Positions 10,377 through 17,476 of a stretch of DNA of 20,000 nucleotides are shown here, one piece after another. Source of the DNA: an uncultured virus (IMG/VR IMGVR_UViG_3300020201_000458) (lineage: Duplodnaviria; Heunggongvirae; Uroviricota; Caudoviricetes); the IMG/VR virus record IMGVR_UViG_3300020201_000458, positions 55,069 to 75,068 of that record; one strand, written 5' to 3'. Under the pieces are notes generated by a model. That model was not told the DNA's origin. It searched no databases and saw only the letters and a list, made by a program, of their open reading frames with translations. The position numbers and the translations under genes were made by a program. The stretch's first letter is position 1. The number at the start of each line of letters is the position of its first letter.

Positions 10377-11768
10377 ATGTCAATAAAGATTTTCGGTAAG
10401 GGACTTGGAGTGTTTGAACACCCGTTCGACGTCGTCGACCGTGAACGGATCAGTGTCGACGAAACTAAGAAGATCCTTGTCAATGATACGAATCGTGCGC
10501 AGCTCGGGAACTTGGGCACCATCCAACAGATTAGAGAAGTGTTGCTACCGCAGGCACTTCCGATCTTCGACACCCTGCATAGCACTGTAGCTATTCCACG
10601 GGCGGACATACGTCAGAACTTTGATCTGATCCCGATCCCTCGGCCTGTCCAGAAGTTCAAGATTACACCGCAAGTGTATTCGGCCGAATCTGGTCCCGCT
10701 CCCTTTGAGACTTTGTTTAACGACTTTGAGATAGAGGCATTTCCGTTCTACAACTTCTGGACTCCTGACGAGTTGACCAACGACCGTGACGAACGTGGCA
10801 ATCGTAAGATCGAAGATATTCCACGTTTTATCAAGGTGACGTGGAATTCTGCTCCCAATCTTCCAGACCCAGAGGAGCGTGTCATCCCTAAGCCGATGGA
10901 CGTTCGTCCCATTCAACCTATCTTGTTCTCTCATGAGAACATTCGCCCCAACGTGTTCACCCTTAAGGGCATCTCGTTCACCCCCGAACATCTCCAGCCC
11001 TCCGGTTTTACTCTCATCAAGGGTATCATAGGCAATGGTTACCTTGCCCCAGGCGTCCTCGAGACGATCGTGGAGATGCCACTCCACAACACTGGGATCG
11101 AATCCCATCGGACGTTCGCCAACACTGATCCGATCCACCACTTTGATGAAGATATGTTCCTAACGCACCCAGACATGCAGGGCATCTCTGTACACGAGCT
11201 CAAGTCGCAGATCAACCAGCTCACGAATGGGATTGCTAACATGTCGACCCCGACTCCACCGGGAGTATCAACGAACTTGACTGGTCGGAAGGCGAATCTC
11301 GTCGACGGAAAGTACATGATGTCCAAGGCGATCGAGCCGGGCGGTTTCATGCAGCTTACCAGCATTCATCCATCATCTCCATCAATCTCACTCAAGTCGA
11401 AGACGGCCAAATCCGACCGAAAGGGTCCTGTAGACAACGTGATTGAGTTAGCTAAGATTATCTCACAGCCTCTCTCCGTGTCCAACATGAAATCCACTGC
11501 GCAGGTGAAGGTAAAGTTCTCAGATCCTTCTATCGGAGGCCTCGTCGATCCAAGCAAGATCAATCTGATGTCATTGCCACACCACGTGGAGATGATGTCA
11601 GCGATCGCCCCACAACTGCCACAGCTTGAGATGCTCTCTCGGACGAATTTCAAGAATCTTCCGCGTCAAATCAATCCCCCTTCCCTCCCGTCTCCGAAGA
11701 TGAAGCCGCTTGAGTACATCGGATACATCATCGAAAAGTATAAACGACAGACATCTGGGTGTTCATAA
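10377..11768 (+). CDS. N-terminal part of an FN3-like putative virion protein; reading frame disrupted at about 11757-11800
   Basis: SD GAGG upstream of ATG. ORF stops abruptly just after the start of an FN3-like strand (YIGYIIEKYKRQTSG) that continues in another frame. Confidence 0.7.
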   Translation: MSIKIFGKGLGVFEHPFDVVDRERISVDETKKILVNDTNRAQLGNLGTIQQIREVLLPQALPIFDTLHSTVAIPRADIRQNFDLIPIPRPVQKFKITPQVYSAESGPAPFETLFNDFEIEAFPFYNFWTPDELTNDRDERGNRKIEDIPRFIKVTWNSAPNLPDPEERVIPKPMDVRPIQPILFSHENIRPNVFTLKGISFTPEHLQPSGFTLIKGIIGNGYLAPGVLETIVEMPLHNTGIESHRTFANTDPIHHFDEDMFLTHPDMQGISVHELKSQINQLTNGIANMSTPTPPGVSTNLTGRKANLVDGKYMMSKAIEPGGFMQLTSIHPSSPSISLKSKTAKSDRKGPVDNVIELAKIISQPLSVSNMKSTAQVKVKFSDPSIGGLVDPSKINLMSLPHHVEMMSAIAPQLPQLEMLSRTNFKNLPRQINPPSLPSPKMKPLEYIGYIIEKYKRQTSGCS

Positions 11769-11795
11769 AGGTCGAAGAGATCGATATTCCAATAA

Positions 11796-12878
11796 GGAGA
11801 TGCAGATTTCTACATCGACACTAAGGTCCTGTACGGGGAAGTCTACCGGTACCGGATCAAGACGGTCGTCCGATGGACGAGATCCAAGGATCACAATATC
11901 GCCGGTCCAGATCCGACCATCGAGGCAAAGTTCGGGTCCCAGACGGTATCTGTGAGCACACACAAGAGCTCTTACTTCACGAGTGAATGGGGTCACGAGT
12001 GGGCATACGGCAGTTGCATCGATGATCAACCACCATTACCACCCGACGAGTTGACCGTCCGTCCTGAATCTCACAGGAAGCGGGTCGTGGTGACCTTTCG
12101 TCTACCCGACAATCCACAGCGCGACATCCTCAAGATGAGACTCTACCGGAAGGTCCAGGACGAGAACGGACGTGACATCTCTGACTGGATGCAAGTGCAA
12201 GAATCCAATGCAACCAACCGTGGCATCGATTTCGCCCCGTCAAACGTCATCTACTTTGATACGAATGTAGACTTCTGTCAAAAGTCGCATATGAAGTACA
12301 TCTACGCCGCCTCATGCATCTCCAGACACAATGAAGATTCTACCCTCTCTGAACAGCTCGGAGCCAGGTTAAATGAGGACTACTTCTCCAGAGGAGAATT
12401 CCCAGTGGAATTCCACTCTTGCTCGGGGGTCCGGTTGGACTACTACGGTGCATTCTCGACTTCTCCGCACAAGATCACTAAGACTGAGGTCGTCGTTCCT
12501 CCACCTCCGACTAGAGTTGGAAAGATCCCTGGTGTGGCTGCCATCATCTTCTCTGGACGGAATACGATGGGGAATACCCACATGGACGAGGGTTCATACA
12601 CGATCCGTGTACAATCTCTTGATACGGGAGAAGTCAGAGACATCCCGCTCACGACCAAGTTCAGGCAGATCCAGAAGAGACAACGGGTCTCGAAGACAGA
12701 CTACTATGTGCGATCACACACAGTTTCAGGAAAGAACTCCGATGATTTTGAAGATCTTTCTACGCAGAGGTTGAAAGAAGAATTGACGAAATACCAGGAT
12801 GGGCCGGTACGTCATGAAAGAGGCGAAGAATTTGAGGTTCTGCCGTTCGACAGATCCTCACGGGGCGAGAGATGGTGA
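11796..12878 (+). CDS. C-terminal part of the same FN3-like protein (same frame as 10377; the ORF track starts it at GTG 11952)
   Basis: Frame is open from 11796 and reads DADFYIDTKVLYGEVYRYRIKTVVRW, an FN3 motif upstream of the nominal 11952 start, which has no SD. A second FN3-like unit is DDQPPLPPDELTV...YFDTNV...YIYAASCISRHNEDS. Confidence 0.7.
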   Translation, partial: GDADFYIDTKVLYGEVYRYRIKTVVRWTRSKDHNIAGPDPTIEAKFGSQTVSVSTHKSSYFTSEWGHEWAYGSCIDDQPPLPPDELTVRPESHRKRVVVTFRLPDNPQRDILKMRLYRKVQDENGRDISDWMQVQESNATNRGIDFAPSNVIYFDTNVDFCQKSHMKYIYAASCISRHNEDSTLSEQLGARLNEDYFSRGEFPVEFHSCSGVRLDYYGAFSTSPHKITKTEVVVPPPPTRVGKIPGVAAIIFSGRNTMGNTHMDEGSYTIRVQSLDTGEVRDIPLTTKFRQIQKRQRVSKTDYYVRSHTVSGKNSDDFEDLSTQRLKEELTKYQDGPVRHERGEEFEVLPFDRSSRGERW

Positions 12879-12912
12879 TGTGTCATCTTTAGAAGTCAAT
12901 TCTGAAAGAGAT

Positions 12913-12922
12913 CCATACCTAT
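12913..12922 (+). promoter_or_regulatory. Candidate phage late-promoter motif CCATACCTAT
   Basis: Intergenic, just upstream of SD GAGGA (12930-12934). Near-copy of the motif at 4001. Confidence 0.35.
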
Positions 12923-12942
12923 CTACAACGAGGAACATACGT

Positions 12943-13068
12943 GTGACTGGGATCATCTACAATTTGCTGAACACTGCGAATGGAAAGGGCTATGTCGGGC
13001 AGACGTAGATGACACTCGACGAGCGCCGGGCTCAGCATTGTCGGCGTGATGGGTGTGGCTCGCGGTGA
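12943..13068 (+). pseudogene. GIY-YIG homing endonuclease remnant
   Basis: SD GAGGA, then GTG. Reads VTGIIYNLLNTANGKGYVGQT*MTLDERRAQHCRRDGCGSR*, containing the GIY and YVG motifs and the downstream R...H of GIY-YIG nucleases. In-frame TAG at 13006-13008; ends after about 41 codons. Confidence 0.8.
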
Positions 13069-13084
13069 AAGAAGCCACTATAAC

Positions 13085-13109
13085 GGACTCCAGTTTGACT
13101 GGAAAGTCC
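13085..13109 (+). promoter_or_regulatory. Stem-loop immediately upstream of the SD of the 13125 gene
   Basis: GGAC-TCCAGT-TTG-ACTGGA-AA-GTCC: 6-bp upper stem plus 4-bp lower stem with an AA bulge, abutting AAGGA (13110-13114). No U-tract, so not a typical intrinsic terminator. Confidence 0.4.
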
Positions 13110-13124
13110 AAGGAAATCAATAAC

Positions 13125-13841
13125 ATGGGCTTCCAAGACAATTCTGGGGAAATTTTTATAGACGCTGTCCTTACGGACGAGGGTCGGGAGCGTCTGGCGA
13201 GGAATGATGGCAGCTTCGCCATCGTCAGGTTCAGACTCGGCGATGACGAGGTGGACTATCGTTTCTGGAACGAGCTTACTGGCTCCGATTCCAAAGATAG
13301 GAAGATCCTCGATACACCGGTCTTCGAGGCATTTACCAACGAGGTGGTTGCTCTACGATCTCCTCTCGTGACAATCCGGAACGCGAGACTACAGTTTCTC
13401 CCGACGATGGTGGCCAAGCCAGCTTCCATCTCGCTCAAAGAGCAGAACGACTCCGTTGGTGGAGGTGCAGATATCTCCGTGAGCCAGGAGATTGCCCGAT
13501 CCCAGACGATCCTCCCGTCCGAGATCATCGACGTGAACTATGCAGTTGAACTAGACAATGATATCATCTTCGTCTCAGGTGAGACTCCGATCGCGATCAC
13601 ACCGTTCGGAACGGCACGTTATATCATTCCAGCTGCAGCTGGTCGACAGACGGCATCTGGCGGTACGGAATGCAAGTTCAACGTCCGTGTCCAGACGTTG
13701 ACGACAGAGGCATTCGACACACTGGTAGGAAGCAGCGTGCCCAGGCCGAGAACGATCAGTACTACGATCGTGGTCACTGGTCAGCAGTCCGGTATGAACG
13801 TCCGGATCCCGGTATCCATTGTCGAATTCGCCACGACTTGA
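13125..13841 (+). CDS. Putative baseplate/tail structural protein, 238 aa (N-terminus resembles the first half of the tail-collar/DUF3751 domain)
   Basis: True start is probably ATG 13125 (SD AAGGA; N-terminus matches paralog 4027) rather than GTG 13053. Motif VLTDEGRERLARNDGSFAIVRFRLGDD. Confidence 0.75.
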   Translation: MGFQDNSGEIFIDAVLTDEGRERLARNDGSFAIVRFRLGDDEVDYRFWNELTGSDSKDRKILDTPVFEAFTNEVVALRSPLVTIRNARLQFLPTMVAKPASISLKEQNDSVGGGADISVSQEIARSQTILPSEIIDVNYAVELDNDIIFVSGETPIAITPFGTARYIIPAAAGRQTASGGTECKFNVRVQTLTTEAFDTLVGSSVPRPRTISTTIVVTGQQSGMNVRIPVSIVEFATT

Positions 13842-13856
13842 TTTAGGAGCTAAACG

Positions 13857-14843
13857 ATGTCATTCAAGACCTTCGATCTCTCGCACGACGTCGCCTCGAT
13901 CGTTTCATCGATCAATGAGGTCGTGTCTGTGTCGAGTTCGATCTATGCGTTCGACCAGAACGTCAAGAAGTTTTCAAACATCTCCTCGGCTTCTGCTGGA
14001 GCAGACCTTGGCGGGTACTGGGAGACGATTTTCGATTCCTCTCCGACCAGCTCTCTTAGCACCGCATTGATGGACATGACCTTTGGGTATGCTACAGGGT
14101 CCGCCTATAACTTGCCCGTTACTGCGACCAGCTCTCAGAATGAGAAGATCAAGGTCTACAGGATGATGGCTTCTGCCCTCCTGGGAGATTCAAACTCTCT
14201 CTTCACAATCAACAACGTTCCGACTTCTGAGTGCTTCTTCATTATGGTGAAGAGAAACATTCAGAAGGACGAGATCAAGAAAGGATCAACGGCGCTAGTA
14301 GTCAATAGGACGTCGACGCAGCTGACTGGATCAGACGAGGGTGCATCAGTTAACTTCAAGCAGACTGTCGGCGGAGATTACGCTCCTCTCAGGAGTGGTA
14401 CGACAGAGTTTGGTCAAGTGTGGTACAACGCTGGCGTCATTGTTCTTGGTGTAACAGCTAGCTGGCCAGCTGACACGTTCTGGTCAGGTACCAAGACGGT
14501 CCAGAACATGGAATCGTCCAGCAGCATCAATCAGCTGGTCGATGGTCTTCGAACGCACATCGAGAAGATCAACCTGCACAACCAGACGAACCTGTACTCG
14601 ACTATCTACTTCTGTCGGGCAACCAACTCTGAGTTCAACTACTCCAGTAACCCAACCTTCGTGGATGACAACAAGCGGATTAGAGTCACATCGGGAAGCA
14701 ACATCCTCCAGACACGGTCGTACGTTACGACTGTCGGTCTCTACGATGCCAATGACAACCTACTGGCCGTCGCCAAGGTGAACAAGCCGATCACCAAGTC
14801 GCCCGACAATGAGGCTATCTTCCGAATCCGGCTTGACTACTGA
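13857..14843 (+). CDS. Putative baseplate/tail structural protein (C-terminus resembles the second half of the tail-collar/DUF3751 domain), paralog of 14871..16772
   Basis: SD AGGAG at 13845. C-terminus YFCRATNSEFNYSSNPTF...YVTTVGLYDANDNLLAVAKVNKPITK...RIRLDY. Confidence 0.75.
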   Translation: MSFKTFDLSHDVASIVSSINEVVSVSSSIYAFDQNVKKFSNISSASAGADLGGYWETIFDSSPTSSLSTALMDMTFGYATGSAYNLPVTATSSQNEKIKVYRMMASALLGDSNSLFTINNVPTSECFFIMVKRNIQKDEIKKGSTALVVNRTSTQLTGSDEGASVNFKQTVGGDYAPLRSGTTEFGQVWYNAGVIVLGVTASWPADTFWSGTKTVQNMESSSSINQLVDGLRTHIEKINLHNQTNLYSTIYFCRATNSEFNYSSNPTFVDDNKRIRVTSGSNILQTRSYVTTVGLYDANDNLLAVAKVNKPITKSPDNEAIFRIRLDY

Positions 14844-14870
14844 TCCTGTAGATCCAAAAAGAGACCTGAG

Positions 14871-16772
14871 ATGTCCGTTTACAGAAAGTTCACCAGAAAC
14901 GACATTCTCTTCTCGACCGTCCATGCTAAGCCAAGGGTAGCCGTAAAGTACGGTGTAGCTGGTGGGCAGACTGGTTGGTTCGGGAATTCGGGTGTCTCGG
15001 GTTCCTTGAGCCTGTACGGGGGCGTACGCGCCAGATACAATGTCAAAGCTAGTGATTTCCAGACTTCTGGTCTGTCGATCTACCCGCTAGATCTGCTCGA
15101 TACTCACAGCATTGACAAAGTGATCTTTGTTTCAGGGTCCTATCCTGCGACTGGGTCGATCAGGTTTGTACGTTGCCGGAACCAGTCTGTCGCCTCATTC
15201 TTGCAGGTGACCGATCTCAACTGGTTCGAAGAACACTATCGGCCGATTGAACTGTTATACGATCACTACAGCACACGTGACGACAACTACTTCACGGGAT
15301 CGTACGATTTCTACGATTCACTGCTGTTAGCCGACACTTCCTTGACCTCGTCTGTGACCGGGTCATATTTCTACCCTGGATCGTACTGGGCATTTTCTGG
15401 TGCCTTCGCGACGACTCCGATCACCAGTCCATCTTCGTCGTTCACGGCCATGGCATGGGTGAAGCCGATTCCCACCAATTTTGCGACCGGTACTCTTGAA
15501 CCGTTTCAAAATTATCCGACCATCTTGGCGCAACGTGATACTTGGGATTTCTCGATCAATCCAGATGGGACCCTCCAGTTAAATGTCGAGCACTCCGCTA
15601 GCTCAAGTTACCCTGCGAGTTCGACGAATACAGTCACTGCGGGAAAATGGAATAACGTCGCCATGGTTGTTAAAGGCGGACAGACTGCTAGCTTCTGGAT
15701 TAATGGTCAATACGGTGGACAGAGTTTTCTGGGTAACGATGTCTTGGGAACTGGTTCTAACACTCATCCATTACTGGTTGGAGGTTGGGAGACAGGCACG
15801 GGCTACGTGGTTGGAATAGGCGGACACCAACATGGCAATAATCTGAATGGATTCATCTTTGAAACTCAGGTCTGGAACAGAGCTTTGAGCGGAAGTGAGA
15901 TCCAAGCGTATGCCAGTGGTACTTTGGTCAATAGTTCGTCGACGGGCCTCGTCCACTACGCCCGCTACAACGATGGTCCTTTCGGGACAGCTCACGGGTT
16001 TGCATCTGGCAGCGGTGCCTTTGACTACAGTCCGAACGCGAAACACGGGTACGTGGTCCCGTGGTCTTTCGCGCACACTAATCACTGGCAACCAAACGAT
16101 CACCAAAGCTTCATTCCGGTCACCAAGAAGATCAACCTCGACATCCACGACCTGCGTCTGTTCCACGTCCCAAGCATGTTCTACGGGAAGCAAATCGATC
16201 CTGGCAGTGTGCGGATCACGGACGGCGTCTACAACAAGCGCCGGATCGTCCGTGTCTTTAACGATGATGGTCGCGGCGGGTTGTATGTCTCAGGTTCGAT
16301 GACAAGAGACATCTCCGGGGAAGAATATACGGGAGAGAAGCGTAGAAAGGTTGGTAACGTCTTCTATTCTGAAGGATTGATCGTCTTTACAGACCCGGCG
16401 TTATACGACACGTTCGATAGCGGATCACTCTTCTGGGATCCACAGATCTCTGTCTCTGGAGTCTTTGGGGATCTCATCAGTGCCGACTTCAAGGGTCAGG
16501 CTACGATGCGTACCAAGACGTTCAATTGTCGTCTTCCAACCGCCCAAGGGAACGCGTCCAATAATCCGACCTTCAGCTACGTCGACGACCGTGGTACAGT
16601 GAACACAGATGACGACAGAGTGACTGTTGAGCGGCACGATGGTGTCACCTACATCACGGCCATCGGTCTCTACAATGAGGATCGGCAGCTTGTGGCGGTG
16701 GCCAAGCTGGCGCAACCGATCAGGAAGCGCGAGAAAGAAAAGATTAATCTTAGATTAAAGATGGATTTCTAG
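14871..16772 (+). CDS. Putative tail/baseplate protein with a LamG (concanavalin A-like lectin/glucanase) domain
   Basis: LamG motifs SFTAMAWVKP, GKWNNVAMVV, FWINGQ and LNGFIFETQVWNRALSGSEI (about 15438-16055). C-terminus FNCRLPTAQGNASNNPTF...YITAIGLYNEDRQLVAVAKLAQPIRK...LKMDF is paralogous to the previous gene. Confidence 0.8.
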   Translation: MSVYRKFTRNDILFSTVHAKPRVAVKYGVAGGQTGWFGNSGVSGSLSLYGGVRARYNVKASDFQTSGLSIYPLDLLDTHSIDKVIFVSGSYPATGSIRFVRCRNQSVASFLQVTDLNWFEEHYRPIELLYDHYSTRDDNYFTGSYDFYDSLLLADTSLTSSVTGSYFYPGSYWAFSGAFATTPITSPSSSFTAMAWVKPIPTNFATGTLEPFQNYPTILAQRDTWDFSINPDGTLQLNVEHSASSSYPASSTNTVTAGKWNNVAMVVKGGQTASFWINGQYGGQSFLGNDVLGTGSNTHPLLVGGWETGTGYVVGIGGHQHGNNLNGFIFETQVWNRALSGSEIQAYASGTLVNSSSTGLVHYARYNDGPFGTAHGFASGSGAFDYSPNAKHGYVVPWSFAHTNHWQPNDHQSFIPVTKKINLDIHDLRLFHVPSMFYGKQIDPGSVRITDGVYNKRRIVRVFNDDGRGGLYVSGSMTRDISGEEYTGEKRRKVGNVFYSEGLIVFTDPALYDTFDSGSLFWDPQISVSGVFGDLISADFKGQATMRTKTFNCRLPTAQGNASNNPTFSYVDDRGTVNTDDDRVTVERHDGVTYITAIGLYNEDRQLVAVAKLAQPIRKREKEKINLRLKMDF

Positions 16773-16822
16773 CGATACTCACAAGGCTGGATGTTCGAAG
16801 TCTGGACTCAGGAGAAGCTTAC

Positions 16823-17476
16823 GTGAACTTTGGATGGGACATCTCTACATCTGTTATCGGTGCCACTGTCCTGGACGAGAATGGGAAGTGGATCAAAACC
16901 GATCACTTCGATTTCTCAAAGATCGATGCCAAGTCTCTACACGACAAGATGGACGAGTCTCAATGGTGGGTCGAAGAATTCCTCGAGCCTTACATCGCTG
17001 GCAGTCACATGCATTATTTTGAAGAGCGCCTCGCAAATTTCTCTGCTGGAAGGACGATGCTTCAGACTCTCATGATACTCGCTGGTTTCAACGCGCTTTT
17101 CTCATACGAGGTCTGGAGGATCCATCGTGAGCTTGGAGAGAAGTCCAGGTGGAACGAATCTGATCCTTCTCATCCAGAGAAGATGATAGGCGTTTGTACT
17201 ACTCACATCCATCCATCGACCGTCAAGGCGATCATGAAACGCGATGGTCTGATCATCCCGAAAGGTGGTGATAAGAAGAAACTGACCCTTGACTTTGTCA
17301 AGAACAAGATCCAAGGATGGGAAGTTTTTCTCAATAGGAATGACAATCCACACCCTTACAACTTCGATCGGGCCGACTCGTACATCACCGCACGTGCTGG
17401 GTACCTGAGAGCCTACCTATCCCGTAATGCAAAGAGAGCGGAAACTTCAAGCGATTCAGGTGACGCTGGGGCATGA
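16823..17476 (+). CDS. ruvC: RuvC-like Holliday junction resolvase (RNase H fold)
   Basis: GTG start with SD AGGAG. Catalytic-pattern motifs FGWDISTSVIGATVL (D), YFEE (E), IHPSTVK and FDRADSYITARAG (D..D). Confidence 0.75.
   Translation: MNFGWDISTSVIGATVLDENGKWIKTDHFDFSKIDAKSLHDKMDESQWWVEEFLEPYIAGSHMHYFEERLANFSAGRTMLQTLMILAGFNALFSYEVWRIHRELGEKSRWNESDPSHPEKMIGVCTTHIHPSTVKAIMKRDGLIIPKGGDKKKLTLDFVKNKIQGWEVFLNRNDNPHPYNFDRADSYITARAGYLRAYLSRNAKRAETSSDSGDAGA

Noticed and set aside
10545..11141. 198-aa minus-strand ORF (also 4548-5057, 8860-9330, 15771-16193, 19054-19494 and other short ORFs in the track)
   Set aside because: They are nested antisense or off-frame to long, motif-bearing + strand genes and have no recognisable motifs, so they are shadow ORFs.
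11710..11955. 81-aa ORF bridging the two FN3 gene fragments
   Set aside because: The translation is low-complexity Ser/Arg/Thr. At most three codons (NKE) belong to the true protein; the FN3 motif is in the frame of 10377/11952.
13006..13008. In-frame TAG in the GIY-YIG fragment as a sign of TAG-to-Gln recoding (genetic code 15)
   Set aside because: TAG ends the 14871 gene exactly where its paralog ends (MDF* vs LDY*), the long genes contain no internal TAG, and the fragment stops at TGA 20 codons later anyway.
13076..13091. CACTATAACGGACTCC resembles part of the I-CeuI/23S rRNA site, and the nearby GAAGCC plus hairpin resembles an IS200/IS605 end
   Set aside because: Short partial matches only, with no rRNA context, transposase, tnpB or second end in the window.
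13053..13124. GTG 13053 as start of the 262-aa ORF
   Set aside because: It overlaps the endonuclease relic and hairpin. ATG 13125 has an SD and matches the paralog's N-terminus.
1..16772. Extracellular contractile injection system or cellular adhesin locus
   Set aside because: It is directly continuous with phage-type primase, resolvase and gp46/47-like genes, and no signal peptides or secretion genes are evident.
16823..17476. RuvC-fold protein as a TnpB/Cas12-like effector
   Set aside because: Only 217 aa with compact resolvase spacing and no zinc finger or wedge/REC region. No CRISPR array or flanking non-coding RNA space; the replication-gene context fits a resolvase.
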